DNA of 64,000 bases from NCBI GenBank assembly GCA_012295275.1, contig CM022670.1, positions 5,580,001 through 5,644,000 on the forward strand, given 5' to 3'. This DNA is from Chrysomallon squamiferum (Eukaryota > Animalia > Mollusca). The notes under the pieces are model-generated. The model did not search any database. It saw nothing but the letters and a program-made list of their open reading frames with translations, and was not told where the DNA came from. This document shows positions 1-12,709 of the stretch, piece after piece; position 1 is the first letter of the stretch, and every line of letters starts with the position of its first letter. The translations under genes were made by a program, and so were the position numbers.

Positions 1-140
1 AACAACTAAATTAAATAGTGTGAGTACTTTTAACAACTAGATTAAACAGACTGAGTAATTTTAACACCTTGGTTAAACAGACTGAGTAATTTTAACACTT
101 TGGTTAAACAGACTGAGTAATTTTAACAACTAGACTAAAA
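1..140. repeat. 31-bp minisatellite (~4.5 copies), intronic
   Basis: Unit ~ttttaacaactagattaaacagactgagtaa. Confidence 0.8.
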
Positions 141-159
141 GTGGTTTGAATGTTTTCAG

Positions 160-3100
160 GTGGCAGCAGTAGAGGAGACTGAGCGAGTTCAGAGAGAAAA
201 GCTGGAGACACAGCTGTCTTCACTGACTGAGCAACACCACAAAGTGAACCTTGAGCTGGAGTCAGCTAAACGTGAGTCAGCAGAACTGAAACATCAGACC
301 GAAGTTTTGACACAGACTATTGAATCATACAAGTCAAAACTGGACACTGCACTGAGTGACAAGCAGCATTTGTCAGAAACTGTTTCAGATTTGAGAACAA
401 ATGTTGAAAGAGTCGAGAAAGAAAGAGATTACTACTTGAGTTTAGTTGACCAGAAAAACGAGGTATTGTCCAGAGTTACTGACCACAAAGAAACATTAAC
501 AGTGCAGCTTGAGGAGAAAACACTCAATTTGCTAACGCTGAAACAGCAGTCTGAAAACATCTCACAGCTAGTGGAAGTGAATTCCAGGACAAGTGAAAAT
601 ATCCGTGAGGAGAAAGAACGAATTCTGAGCCTGCTCAGTGAGAAAACAGCAGCTCTGAGAGAACTTGAAATGCTCCATGAAAACCTGAGTAAGAAAGTGA
701 AGTTGAGAGAGAAGAGGATTGGAGAACTGGAGGAGGAGAGACAGAAACTGACAATAGACTTGAATCTGCGTACTGAACAAACGAACATGGTCACACACGA
801 GAAAGAGAAACTCTTCAGTGAATTGAAGGAAAGTCGGTTTGAAGTTGCCTGTGTAAAGGCAGACATTAAACAATGCAAGGAGGAATTGACAAAACAAAAA
901 AATACATTTGACAAGGAACTTGCACAACTTCAGTCAAAACTGAAAAGTTTGTATTAATTCATTATTTTGTGTCACATTCAGATTTCATTTAATGAGATGC
1001 TGAATGTTTCATGTCACTGTTTTAAAGACATCTGACATTTGGAAAAGAGAATTAATAATTATTATTAGTCTTACTTGCTCTGAAACAAAAGGTACTTTAA
1101 TTCATTTCAAACAGAGAACTAATTTATTAAAGCAGAATATTCACATATATACAATATTGTTTTAGAGTTTTTCCTTGTTTTCCTTTAGAAACTGATAACT
1201 AATCTTTTTTCTTTCATCAAGTCAGGCAGCCATTTATTTTCCAATATATAAGTAAAATATTTAGATATGTTCAAACACAGCTAAGATGTTGTTTTATTTT
1301 CATATATGCAAGAATTGTTTGTAATAATGATACATACAAGTAATTTATTTATGTTTATTACAGGATCAGAAAATGATTTAATTTTAGCACAGAAAGCAGT
1401 AAGAAGTAAGCAGTGCCTGGATAACAAAGGTATTTACAACTGTCTGTGTTTACTGTTATTTTATATACCAAGTGTAACAGTAAACTGTACTGTCTTGTTA
1501 CACATGTCTGTGTTTACTATTTCTTTATTTACTATCTGTTAGAATACACTTCACTGTATCTTATTACAGCTATCTATGTTTACTGTTTATTTATTTATTC
1601 TATGTTAGAGTAAACTGTACTGCATGTTATTACAGCAGTCTGTGTTTACTGTTATTTTATTTACTATCTGTGACAGTAAACTGTACTGTTATTACAGCTG
1701 TCTTTGTTTACTGTTATTTTATTTACTATCTGTGACAGTAAACTGTACTGTTATTACAGCTATCTTTGTTTACTGTTATTTTATTTACTATCTGTGACAG
1801 TAAACTGTATTGCATGTTATTACAGCTGTCTGTGTTTACTGTTATTTTATTTACTATCTGTGACAGTAAACTGTACTGCGTGTTATTACAGCGGTCTGTG
1901 TTTACTGTTATTTTATTTACTATCTGTGACAGTAAACTGTACTGTGTGTTATTACAGCTGTCCGTTATGCTGACAAAATGCAGAAGGAGATCACTAACAA
2001 GAGGTCTGAAGTAGACAGTCTTCTGTCCAAAGTGCGCAGACTTGAAGACAAGCTGGATGTTCTTATAAAGGTGTGTGTGTGTGAAAGGTTTATACTAGAT
2101 GGATGCTAATAAGGTATGTGTAAATGAGTTCTCTAGACAAGATGTTATGTAGCTGTGTATAAATTATATCTACAGAGAAAATATTATTAAGGTATGTATA
2201 AATGATCTGTATAGGTAAGATGTTATTACAGTATGTATAAAGGATGTGTATAGTGAAGATGCTATTAAGGTGTGTATAAATGGTGTCTGTATAGATGTCA
2301 ATATGGTATCTGTTAAATGGTGTGTATAATGATATGTTTACAGGAAAAGCGTAGTATAGAGAAGGACAAAGATGAACTGAAAAGAGCCTTGCTGAAGTCA
2401 ATCAGTAACAGTGAACATCTTTCTGAGCAACTAGAAAACTGCATATGCAAGAACAAGAAACTGGAAGAAAATATCACTCAGCTGGAAGCAGCAGTAGACA
2501 AAGTCAGTGTTGGTTCTTAGTATTTTCTGTGTATGCTTTTGTAAGTGAATGAGTAAGCGTGAGAAAAAGTAAATGAACTTCATGATTAGAAAGGTGGGAT
2601 GGGGTAAGAGTGACAAAGTGAATGATAAATTAATAAGAATGAGAGGTGAAATTGAATGTGTTTGTGTATTGAATAAAATACATGGTTCACATCCTATCAC
2701 TTTCCTGTAATGTTGCTGCTTGGATCACATTGCTGTAAACCTCAGTCACAGATGATTGTGTTCTGTAATTTTAGTTTAACATAGGTAATCATGTTTTATA
2801 ACTTTACTCCAGTTCCACTATTATAAATATTTGATTGTGTTGTATAACTTTACCATTATGATAGAAATAATGAAAACATTTTATGGCAGTTAATGGTATA
2901 TTTCACTTAATGTTGAAAATTTCTCTTGTAAATTTGCATTGTTTAATTCAGTGCTAGATAGGACTACATTCATTCTATGACTGATGTATCATTATTGTAT
3001 TTATGACAGGCCATGTTGAAGACAGACAGCAGGAGTCAAATGGAGAGTTTTCTGCAAGAAATGACTCGAGCTAAGATCAATCACCAGCTCAATCTGAAGG

Positions 3101-6100
3101 TTTTACATCTAGCATAATATTCTGTACACAAAAACACTTTCCTTAGTTTCTACAGATCTTACACACCACTATCAGTCATTACAACTGTATAACTTACATA
3201 GTAATATCAGTTGTCACCACTGTATAACTAACAGACTAATATCAGTTGTCACAACTGAATAACAACTTACACACTAATATCAGTTATTATTACATTAGTT
3301 TGAATTTTTTCAGGAAGCAGAGCAAACTGCTCACACCAAGACTCAGTATATTGTCCAGCCTGCACCGTCTGTTGTCCAGAATCCAGCATCCACTGTGCAG
3401 CCTCGTCCATCCAGTGTGCAGCCTTGTCCATCCAGTGTGCAGTCTTGTCCATCCACTGTGCAGCCTCGTCCATCCAGTGTGCAGTCTTGTCCATCCAGTG
3501 TGCAGCCTCGTCCATCCAGTGTGCAGCTTTGTCCATCCAGCGTGCAGTCTTCATCAGTGTTAGAACCACAAATACTGGAACAAGATGGTGGATACTCTAA
3601 CAGGGGGAAACTGCAGACTGATGACAGAAAAAAACCTGCCAGTGTACGTAATCAGTCTGTTTTAGCATCAGTTTAAACAACCTAAAAACGTTTGTCATAT
3701 ATATACTGACTTGTTTATTTGACATTTATCTACTTTGCCTGTTGATTTATATTTAGTGCTGCTTTATTTATTTCAGTTGACATATTTAAAATATATATGA
3801 GCTACTCCCCCAAAAGTGGGCACTTCTTTCACAGGCCAATAAAGAGATAATCATCTTACAACTAATTAGATAAATATTTATTAATTTTGGGATCTGTGCA
3901 TGAAACCCTCAAATAAGTATTCATCTTTCACCCAAAGATAGAAAAATTAACAAACCATAGTATGAAACCCGTTTTTTTACATTTTCTGAAGCATACCTTC
4001 ATATAGCTTGGCTAATTCAGTTGAAACACTTTTTCCTATGTTGTTTTCATTGTGCTAAGCTTGGATGTACTCTGTGTGCCATACATAGGAAGAGCAGTCA
4101 TGACATCAACTTTCCTTATGTTATTTCGTATTACAATGAACTATGTAGCAGTTTTGGTCAGTCAAAAGTAGAATACTACAATGATATGCATGGAAACAAT
4201 GCAAGCTGAGAGGAGAATGCTGTTTGACTAGATAGCAGTCAAGTCTGCACATGTTTCTTGGAGTTGACTCTATGGATTAGCTGACTTTCTGTATTGCAGA
4301 GGTTTATGATTAAACATTAAATGCTTATAATGCTTTTATGTAATATATGTATATATATATATATATATATATTTTTTAAATAGAAGGGTTTAAAATTAAA
4401 TGAAACTGTTTAAAATACTTAAATGTCAAAAATCATGGCCCATGTTAAGAAAGTTAATCTGTACTATTGTAAGATGTTTGATCTGTCTGAATCTGTTTTT
4501 TTTTGTTTTTTTTAATATTGCCTTCTTTAAATGCAGTAATGTGATTCTAAATATTTTATAAATACATTTGAGACTATAATGTAACACCCCCCAAAAATAA
4601 ATGTAAATCCACCTCTTTTTAAACTTAGAAAAACAACAGATAAATGTTGAGAACACAGACAAATTCGAATTCATTCTTGCTGAAGCTTGTTTTCTGATCA
4701 GACTTGTTTTCTCAAAGTTTTTTGGCTTAAGTTATCTAAAAATGGATGGTTGCTGTGGATTTCAGGACAGAACGCAGAGGCAGACTTCAAGGTCTTAAAT
4801 CAGTCAGTTTCCTATTAACAAACATTTTGAAGCTTTTATTATACCCACATAATATATATTATGTGATTATCTGAGTTTTCAATTTTTTATACACGAATCA
4901 CAATTTTCATCAATTTTTAATACATTATTACCATTTTTTTAGTAAATTAATTTAAAATAGCAGCTATAATATTAACTAAAATGTATATTTTTTGCAGCCT
5001 TCGAGTAAAGGGTACAGAGAAATTGGACAGGAATTCAAATTACTGCTGAGTGAAATGAGGAATCTAATAGCTGGACAAAGAGAAGTGAACCGAAGTGCAA
5101 AGTCATCATCCAAACTGACTGCAAACAGAATGAGGAGTGAAAAGTAACAACATGGTTCTGTCTAGTGTAGCTGTTTAAATCATTAGGGCAATATATTTGT
5201 TTACATCAGCATTAAATAACAGTTTGTGTAATCATTTTTATATTTATTTACATTAGTACTGTGTATGTAACGTTTTTGTTTTTACTTCAGTATTAAAACC
5301 TAGTTTGTGTAGTATATTTGTTTACGTCAGTTTCAGAAACTTAATTTGTGTAGTGTGTTTATTTTCAGTGAATAAGAAATGGCTTACACAGTGTTACCAA
5401 ATGTAATTACAAAAATGTAAATGTTTTATGTATCACATTATAATGTTACTTTTGAGTTAGGAATGTTATATACATTAAGAAACAAGATTTTTGACTATCA
5501 AATATAAATCAATTTATATGTTATTTTTGAGTTAGAAATTCAACTGCATTTCTGGAGAAGAACAGTTTCTCAGATTCTGATGTCAGTGATGACTGTAAGT
5601 CAAGGATGGATTTCTCAGAAATATCCTGCACTCAAGGTAAAAATAAATGTATATCAGTTTTTCTTTTTCTTTTTTTTTATGATTGTTGTTGTTATTATAT
5701 TTTATTATTTCTTCTTCTTTTTTTTTTTTTTTTTTTTTTTTTGTGTGTGTATGTGTGTTTCTTTTCTTTGGACTTTTTCTAATATAACATCCCACAGTTC
5801 ATTCAGACTGTAATATAATAACCTACAGTGTTTAAAATCACCTGATTATTGTGCATATCTACTTTACAGTTATTTGTTATCTTTAGATACAGTCTGTAAT
5901 GTTTCAAATGATACATTTCTATTATAGAAAGAGTGAGTAGCAGTTCTCTTTCCAGTTTTGGCAACTACTCTGCAGGTGTGGACAACAGCGCTACTGCAAC
6001 ATCATACAGTGAACTTGGTCTGAGTAGTTCTCCTTCCAGACACCCAGGTACTGCGTCATCCTGCATCATTTCATTTATGTCAGAACTCTGTTTACACCGT

Positions 6101-7792
6101 CTCACTTTACAAACACTAACACATTGTGTTTGTTTATCTATCTGTCTGTCTGTATTGTGAAGATCTGCAAACACTGATGTTGAATATCTGACTGTCTACA
6201 GACAGAGGTATATCTCATTGTCTGCAAACACTGACATTGTATAATGCAGAATCTACAAATGCTGACATCGTGTTTCATCCTATGAAACAGCACTGACATT
6301 GTGTATCCAGCTGTCTGTGAATACTGACACTAAATACAAACACTGACATTGTATTATATCTCACTCTATACAAACACTAAGGAATGGTAAGATAGCTAAC
6401 AAGTGACATGTTATTTCTTCTGATACTAACAAATAGTTGTTGATAGAATTAACAACAAAATCTGGTTCTTTATCAAACATATACAGTTATATTTTTCTTT
6501 TTTTTTTTTTTTTTTTTTTTTATCAACTTCAAATATTAAAAGAGATAAACCTAAACTCTAACATTTAGGAATTAGTCTAGTCCACTTTTAAGATGTTGTG
6601 TTTCTTTAGACATCAAATTTACTTTTGCTCTCAGCTGTCTGGAAATACCTGTACATAAAAAAAGCAAAAAACCAGTAAACTGCAGCCACTCCTCTTAACA
6701 GTATTTATCAGATCTTTGTCTTCAGTCTTATATAAAAAACAGCAATTTATCACTAGACAAATTTCACATTGCCAGTTAGAAAAGAAAAATGGTTTGTTTA
6801 GCCTTTATAAAAAACAAAATAATAATTAAAAAATGGATCACACTGAAAGTCTTGACATGTTTCTTTATTTGCATTTTTACAGAACAGAGTTAATTAGAAA
6901 TTGCTCACAATGAATTTAATTGCAGTTAGGTACATGTACATGTAAGATTTAATTTATGATCACAAACACATTGATTATAACTTGCATTGATCTATTAATA
7001 TGTTATTTTCAGAATCATTTAATGGTAATTAATTATTTTAAGTACTTTTGAAGACTTGTATGGTTAGCTGTAAAAAACTAAAAATGTCTTGAAGATAATC
7101 AGATGTGTCTACTATCATTGTAAATCCTTTCATCAGACATAAATAGCAAGCATTTCAAAATTAATTATCTTACTTTTTTCAGCTTTATTTTCAGGTATAA
7201 AAACCATTTATTTTCATTATTATGTTTTACTGTAAAACACCATAAGCTGGTTGGAAAGTTATGATACACACCAGCGTCTGTAAAATAATATTTAAATGAT
7301 GTTTGCAGGTGAGGTAGCTTTGCCAGACACCAAGGCTTTATGCAAGCGTCTGGAAAAACAGATAGAATACCTTTCTAGAATGGGAGGTAATTTACAGAAA
7401 GAAAACAGAGGTACGTTTTAACATTTAGTAAAACAGAAGAGAGGATGGACAGACAAACTTCTTTCTTATAGATATCTGTTTTTCAAAGATGGTTGGATGA
7501 ATGTAATACGGTTATCTGCTTTTTACATCCCATACTTGTAGCTGACTGATATAATTAGATAATTTTGATGAAACTGCTGAACTGTTTAAAGATTATAAAA
7601 GTAGTTATCTGCCTATAGCTTTGATAGAATAATTTGACTAAAGTTGTGACATGGCTTTAAGTTTGGTAGAGGTTGTAATTTATAACAATGCATTTGTTTG
7701 TTGCAGAGATGGCTGACTTGATAGACACTCAGGGAAAGAAGTTGCGCGTGGCTCGGAACAACGAATGCAAACTGAGAAATACTTCTCAGTGA
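160..7792 (+). CDS. CCDC158: Coiled-coil domain-containing protein 158-like, 3' portion (5' exons lie upstream of the window)
   Basis: Hand-spliced exons, all AG/GT-bounded with matching phases: 160-946, 1364-1429, 1958-2070, 2344-2502, 3010-3099, 3314-3643, 4998-5143, 5536-5636, 5928-6047, 7309-7410, 7707-7792 (2100 nt, TGA at 7790-7792). Possible 21-nt micro-exon at 4771-4791. Long coiled coil. Segments LQSKLKRSENDL..AVRYADKMQKEITNKRSEVDSLLSKVRRLE, LEAAVDKAMLK..AKINHQLNLK, EFKLLLSEMRNLI and CKRLEKQIEYL..LQKENREMADLI resemble the vertebrate CCDC158 C-terminal half as recalled (MQKQITAKRGQIDALQSKIQFLEE; DLKQLLQELRSVI; CRKLQNRLESL). Confidence 0.85.
1430..1963. repeat. 62/66-bp minisatellite (~8 copies) filling a CCDC158 intron and containing the 3' splice site
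   Basis: Unit ctgtgtttactgttattttatttactatctgtgacagtaaactgtactg(catg)ttattacagctgt. The last copy supplies the real acceptor ttattacag|ctgtc at 1957/1958. Confidence 0.92.
2053..2343. repeat. Degenerate ~39-bp tandem repeat (6-7 copies) spanning an entire intron
   Basis: Units such as gatgctaataag-gtatgtgtaaatgagttctctag, aatattattaag-gtatgtataaatgatctgtatag, gatgctattaag-gtgtgtataaatggtgtctgtatag. Confidence 0.7.
3385..3550 (+). repeat. Coding 21-bp tandem repeat (~8 copies; PS[ST]VQ[PSL][RC])
   Basis: ccatccagtgtgcagcctcgt unit inside exon 3314-3643, frame preserved. Confidence 0.9.
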
Positions 7793-7846
7793 CCTGAATT
7801 TATATTTAATAATTAACACCATTATTCATTCAAGAAATCTATCTAC

Positions 7847-7852
7847 AATAAA
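7847..7852 (+). other. Candidate polyadenylation signal of the CCDC158-like gene
   Basis: AATAAA ~55 nt after the stop codon. A second AATAAA near 8563, followed by T-rich sequence, is an alternative. Confidence 0.35.
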
Positions 7853-9334
7853 AGTTATTGTAGAGATAATTCAGTATCACTGCTCATGTCAGATAATTGC
7901 ATTTTGGAAAGAGCTGTAATATTTGTTTGTTACTGCATTATTCTAGAGAATGTTCACAACAGATATGTAACTGTTTTTCATGGATATCAGCCTGTTATGT
8001 CTAATTTATTTCATCCTTCATTCAATGTTTCCTGTCTCACTACAATTACTATATCTTAGTTATTTCTTATTAAGTAACTTCTGGAAAAAAGTACCAGTTT
8101 GCCATGTTAAATTATATTTCATTTGGTATTAATTAGTATCTAGCTCGATTTGTTATACGATTATCTCTGTGTAACAATATTTACTTGTGATTTCATATTG
8201 TATGTGTAACTATATTTATTTCTATTTTAATAATGTCTATTATATATATTTATTCCTTATGTAATATTTGCATAAATATATTCCTGATAAATAAGCTGTA
8301 AACTTGTATTCATTCCTGATTTAAATAGTATGTACATATCTGTCTTCCTGAATTAAATGGGATTCATGCAATTTGCTTGTATAATTTATTTTTAATTACG
8401 TTATTACAAAGCTGGAAATAGTTTGGGATTCTATTCAGGATTATTTGTGAATTTTTTAACTTATTCAAAGCTAAACAAAAGCATCACATATTTACCATCA
8501 ACATTAACAAATGACCACATTTATATTTACAGCTTTATATATGCTGATTTTGTATTTTTTGCAATAAAGTTTTAGATGTATTCAGTTAGTTTTTTGTTTA
8601 AAGTGAAAAATATTTTTCTCATGCAAGCACTGATTTTGATTTCTAGAAGTCATTTGGACATCATCTAACCTGTGTCTTTATTTACACATCATATGTCCTT
8701 GTTATTTATTAAGTATAAAATGACCCGAATTCTAACAATTATTTTTATCTGATAAAATTGCTTAGTTTTATAGATTTTGTAGTCTGTACTCTAATTTATC
8801 ATAAAATCCTGTTTTGGGTACATTTCTAATAAAAGTATATTAATAATGTTGGTCTTGTGGCTATAAATATCAAAGTGAACATCATGTGATTGTGCAAGAG
8901 ATTTCCAATTAGTCAAAATTACATCTGACAAAAGTAATTCCCTCACAGTGTGCGGCACTTGAAAGAGAAATATTGAATGCTAAGAAAACATTTCTTCTTC
9001 AGTGTGACTGCCACTGCAATCTCCAGTTGTAACTCTCACTGTCAATATGTCACAGTGTTTACTGAGGACATTTTTTTCTGTTTTGACATCACATCATAAT
9101 TACCCAGAAATGTGCACTTGGAGGCAAATCAAGAGATTCACTTGTTCAATAACTATAAATATCTTTATCACAATGTATTCTTTTTGTTATAGTAATTTTT
9201 TTTTTTTTTTTTTTTTTTTTTATCCGTATCTGATATAATAGATATCTATCTATATAATTAATTTACCAGTTTATTAGAGATATCTATATTATACTCAGTT
9301 ATTATAGATAGGCATATTATTATAGTATACTCAA

Positions 9335-10335
9335 TTACAACCAGCAGAGGTCAGTAACAGTTAAAACCAACACAGTGATCACTAACAGTTACAACCAATA
9401 CAGACGTCAATAACGGTTACAACCAACACAGTGATCAGTAACAATTACAACCACTATAGATGTCAGAAACGGTTACAACCAACACAGTGATCAATAACAG
9501 TTCCATCCATTACAGCGATCAGAAACAGTTACAACCAATACAGACGTCAATAACGGTTAAAACCAACAATGATCAGTAACAGTTACAACCAGTACAGAGA
9601 TCAATAACGGTTACAACCAACACAGTGATCAGTAACAGTTACAACCCATACAGTGATCAGTAACAGTTACAACCAATACAGTGATCAGTAACAGTTACAA
9701 CCAATACAGTGATCAGTAACACTTACAACCAACACTGACCAGTAACAGTTACGACCAACACAGTGATCAGTAACAGTTACAACCAATACAGCGATCAGTA
9801 ACAGTTATAACCAATACAGAGGTCAATAACGGTTACAACCAACACAGTGATCAGTAACAGTTCCAACCAATACAGTGATCAGTAACAGTTCCAACCAATA
9901 CAGCGATCAGTAACAGTTACAACCAATACAGACGTCAATAACGGTTAAAACCAACATAGTGATCAATAACAGTTACAACCAATACATTAATCAGTAACAG
10001 TTACAACCAATACAAAGGTCAATAACGGTTATAATCAATACAGAGGTCAATAACAGTTACAGCCAACACAGAGGTCAATAACAGTTAAAACCAATACAAT
10101 GACCAATAACAGTTAAAACCAACACAGACGTCAATAACGGTTACACCAACAGTGATCAGTAACAGTTAAAACCAATAGAGTGATCAGTAACAGTTACAGC
10201 CAGCACTGTGGTCAGTAACGGTTACAGCCAGCACAGTGATCAGTAACAGTTAAAACCAATACAGTGATCAGTAACAGTTACAAACAACATTGTGGTCAGT
10301 AATGTTGCAACCAGCGCGGTGGTCAGTGACAGTTG
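9335..10335. repeat. 28-bp minisatellite (~35 copies)
   Basis: Unit acaaccaatacagtgatcagtaacagtt with variants (gacgtcaataacggtt). Confidence 0.93.
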
Positions 10336-10954
10336 TGACAGAGGAAGTAATAATAATGTTCAGCAACACATATCCGAGGGCTCCTTTGTGAGCCACGGGG
10401 TATCCCCACCCCCAGTAAGAGATAAAACAACATCCAACCCACAGACAGAAGAAACCCCCATCAATCCTAACTAGTTGCACTCTATAACCAGTATGTCGAT
10501 TCACTGTTTGAAAAACATTCAGATATTGTACTCATTAATTTCTTTTCTGCTGAAAATATTTGTCTTTGTCATAGCGACGTTTTCTCTTATTAGTTGTCAT
10601 CCAACAATACGACATGTTTGTCCCAAGTGCATTGCCTGACAAACATGCGGTGAGCGGTTGACACAAAGTAGCATACAACACAAAGAGTAAGTATATTGGT
10701 CTGCAGCAACTGTTGACACAAGTCAGTTGTTTGTTATAAAAGTGTGGTCATTCACATCAGTATTAAATAAAGATCATTAGATGTATACGTTTCATCAATG
10801 TATCTGACAATAAACTGTACCTGAATATTATCTCTTCCAATTATATGCTCGACAATAGTTCAAACCATTAAGTACAGAGACTAATTTACATTAATATCCA
10901 TAACAGCCATCACACATACTGAGCATAATTCTTAATGACTCTTATCCAGTTCAA

Positions 10955-11570
10955 AACCTATACAAACCGGTTTTGTTTTACCTATACAAACCTGTTAACA
11001 GTTTTACCTATACAAACCTGTGTTAACAGTTTTACCTATACAAACCTGTGTTAACAGTTTTACCTATACAAACCGGTTTTGTTTTACCTATACAAACCTG
11101 TTAACAGTTTTACCTATACAAACCTGTGTTAACAGTTTTACCTACACAAACCTGTATTAAAATGTTTTACCTATACAAACCTGTTAACAGTTTTACCTAT
11201 ACAAACCTGTGTTAACAGTTTTACCTATACAAACCTGTGTTAACAGTTTTACCTATACAAACCTGTGTTAACAGTTTTACCTATACAAACCTGTATTAAA
11301 ATGTTTTACCTATACAAACCTATATTAACATGTTTTACCTATACAAACCTGTATTAACATGTTTTGCCTACACAAACCTGTATTAAAATGTTTTACCTAT
11401 ACAAACCTATATTAACATGTTTTACCTATACAAACCTGTATTAACATGTTTTGCCTACACAAACCTGTATTAAAATGTTTTACCTATGTTTTACCAATAC
11501 AGAACTGTATTAACATGCTTTACTATGCAAAACTGCATTAACTTTTTTTACCTATACAAACTTGTATTTA
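10955..11570. repeat. 26-28-bp minisatellite (~21 copies)
   Basis: Unit ttttacctatacaaacctg(tg)ttaacag / ...tattaacatg. Confidence 0.93.
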
Positions 11571-12086
11571 TAGACTATGTAGACTGTAAACCAATAAAAA
11601 TACACTGATTATATGAATTATAAACGTTATATGTACATATACAGACTATGTGTACTACCAACTAGTATAAATACACTAACTAAATTCGATGTTCAATTTG
11701 ACAGAATTATCCACACTCTTGTTGCTTCTTCTCGTCATTTTATTATTATTAATAACGTTTTATTCTTAATTCATTAGAAAATTATGTTCGTATATTGAAC
11801 GTTACTTATTACGGTTCTGGCGAATATTGTTTTCTGTTAAACAAGCGCCGAGAAAACCGTGTAAATAAAAAATATCTCCAGCGTTTTATTGCGGTGTCCT
11901 GGCAAAGCGCAAGAGACGTGGGAATACTTCGGAGTACTTTATATTGGTTGTATTCTCCTTCCAAAAACTCAGCTCATCTCATCACCGTTTTGATCGAGGA
12001 TCTACTTTATTATCCCCCAGCGTCGCGCCTTCTGTAATAAAGTGAATGACGCGCAGCATTTGAGATGCTAAAGATATATAAGATTT

Positions 12087-12141
<55 letters not shown>

Positions 12142-12709
12142 TAATGCAAGACTGTAGTGTGAAAAGTCAAGTAACTGGAGAGTTCGTGATAAAATACATG
12201 AGTTATCTCTCATTCACTCCATCTTTTGTTTAAGGAAATTTTTTTGTTAGCTGGTGTTCTCGTTAAATTAATGTTTGTAGTAACTTAGTCATTTGCTTTC
12301 GAAATAGATAAATATTAATTAATAATAATTCAACTCAAATTGTTATCTAACTGGAACTTTCAGTAATTTCAGTCATCACATGTGACTTTGCCTACCAGGC
12401 TCAAGTAGGTAAAAAAAAATATTAAAAATTAAAAAAATTAAAAAAACTTAATGATCTTACGATGACATCATACGTATGTCAATACAAGCCAATTAGGTAG
12501 GAATGACATCACACAGATTTCAGTAAATAGAATTACCGAACAGCTAATTCAGACATCAACCAAAATGTCGCTTGCATGCCACTATGTATCCGATGCTGTG
12601 AATGTATAAATGTATTCTTAGTTGCCTAAAACTGACAGCATATACATACAAACACACACAAATAAATAAACAGAAAAAACCAAACATCCATACACACACC
12701 AGTGCTTTC

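Noticed and set aside
432-927. Minus-strand ORFs of 160 and 119 aa
   Set aside because: Antisense shadows of the coiled-coil exon 160-946.
1704-2014. Cys/Tyr-rich repetitive ORFs
   Set aside because: Translations of the intronic 62/66-bp array, not in the exon frame.
3246-3569. Alternative-frame ORFs (HPVCSLV)n and (HWMDKAA)n
   Set aside because: Only the PSSVQ frame fits the flanking splice phases.
12085-12140. Long poly(T) run as a possible retrocopy tail
   Set aside because: No target-site duplication or recognisable element body, and similar A/T runs are scattered through the window.
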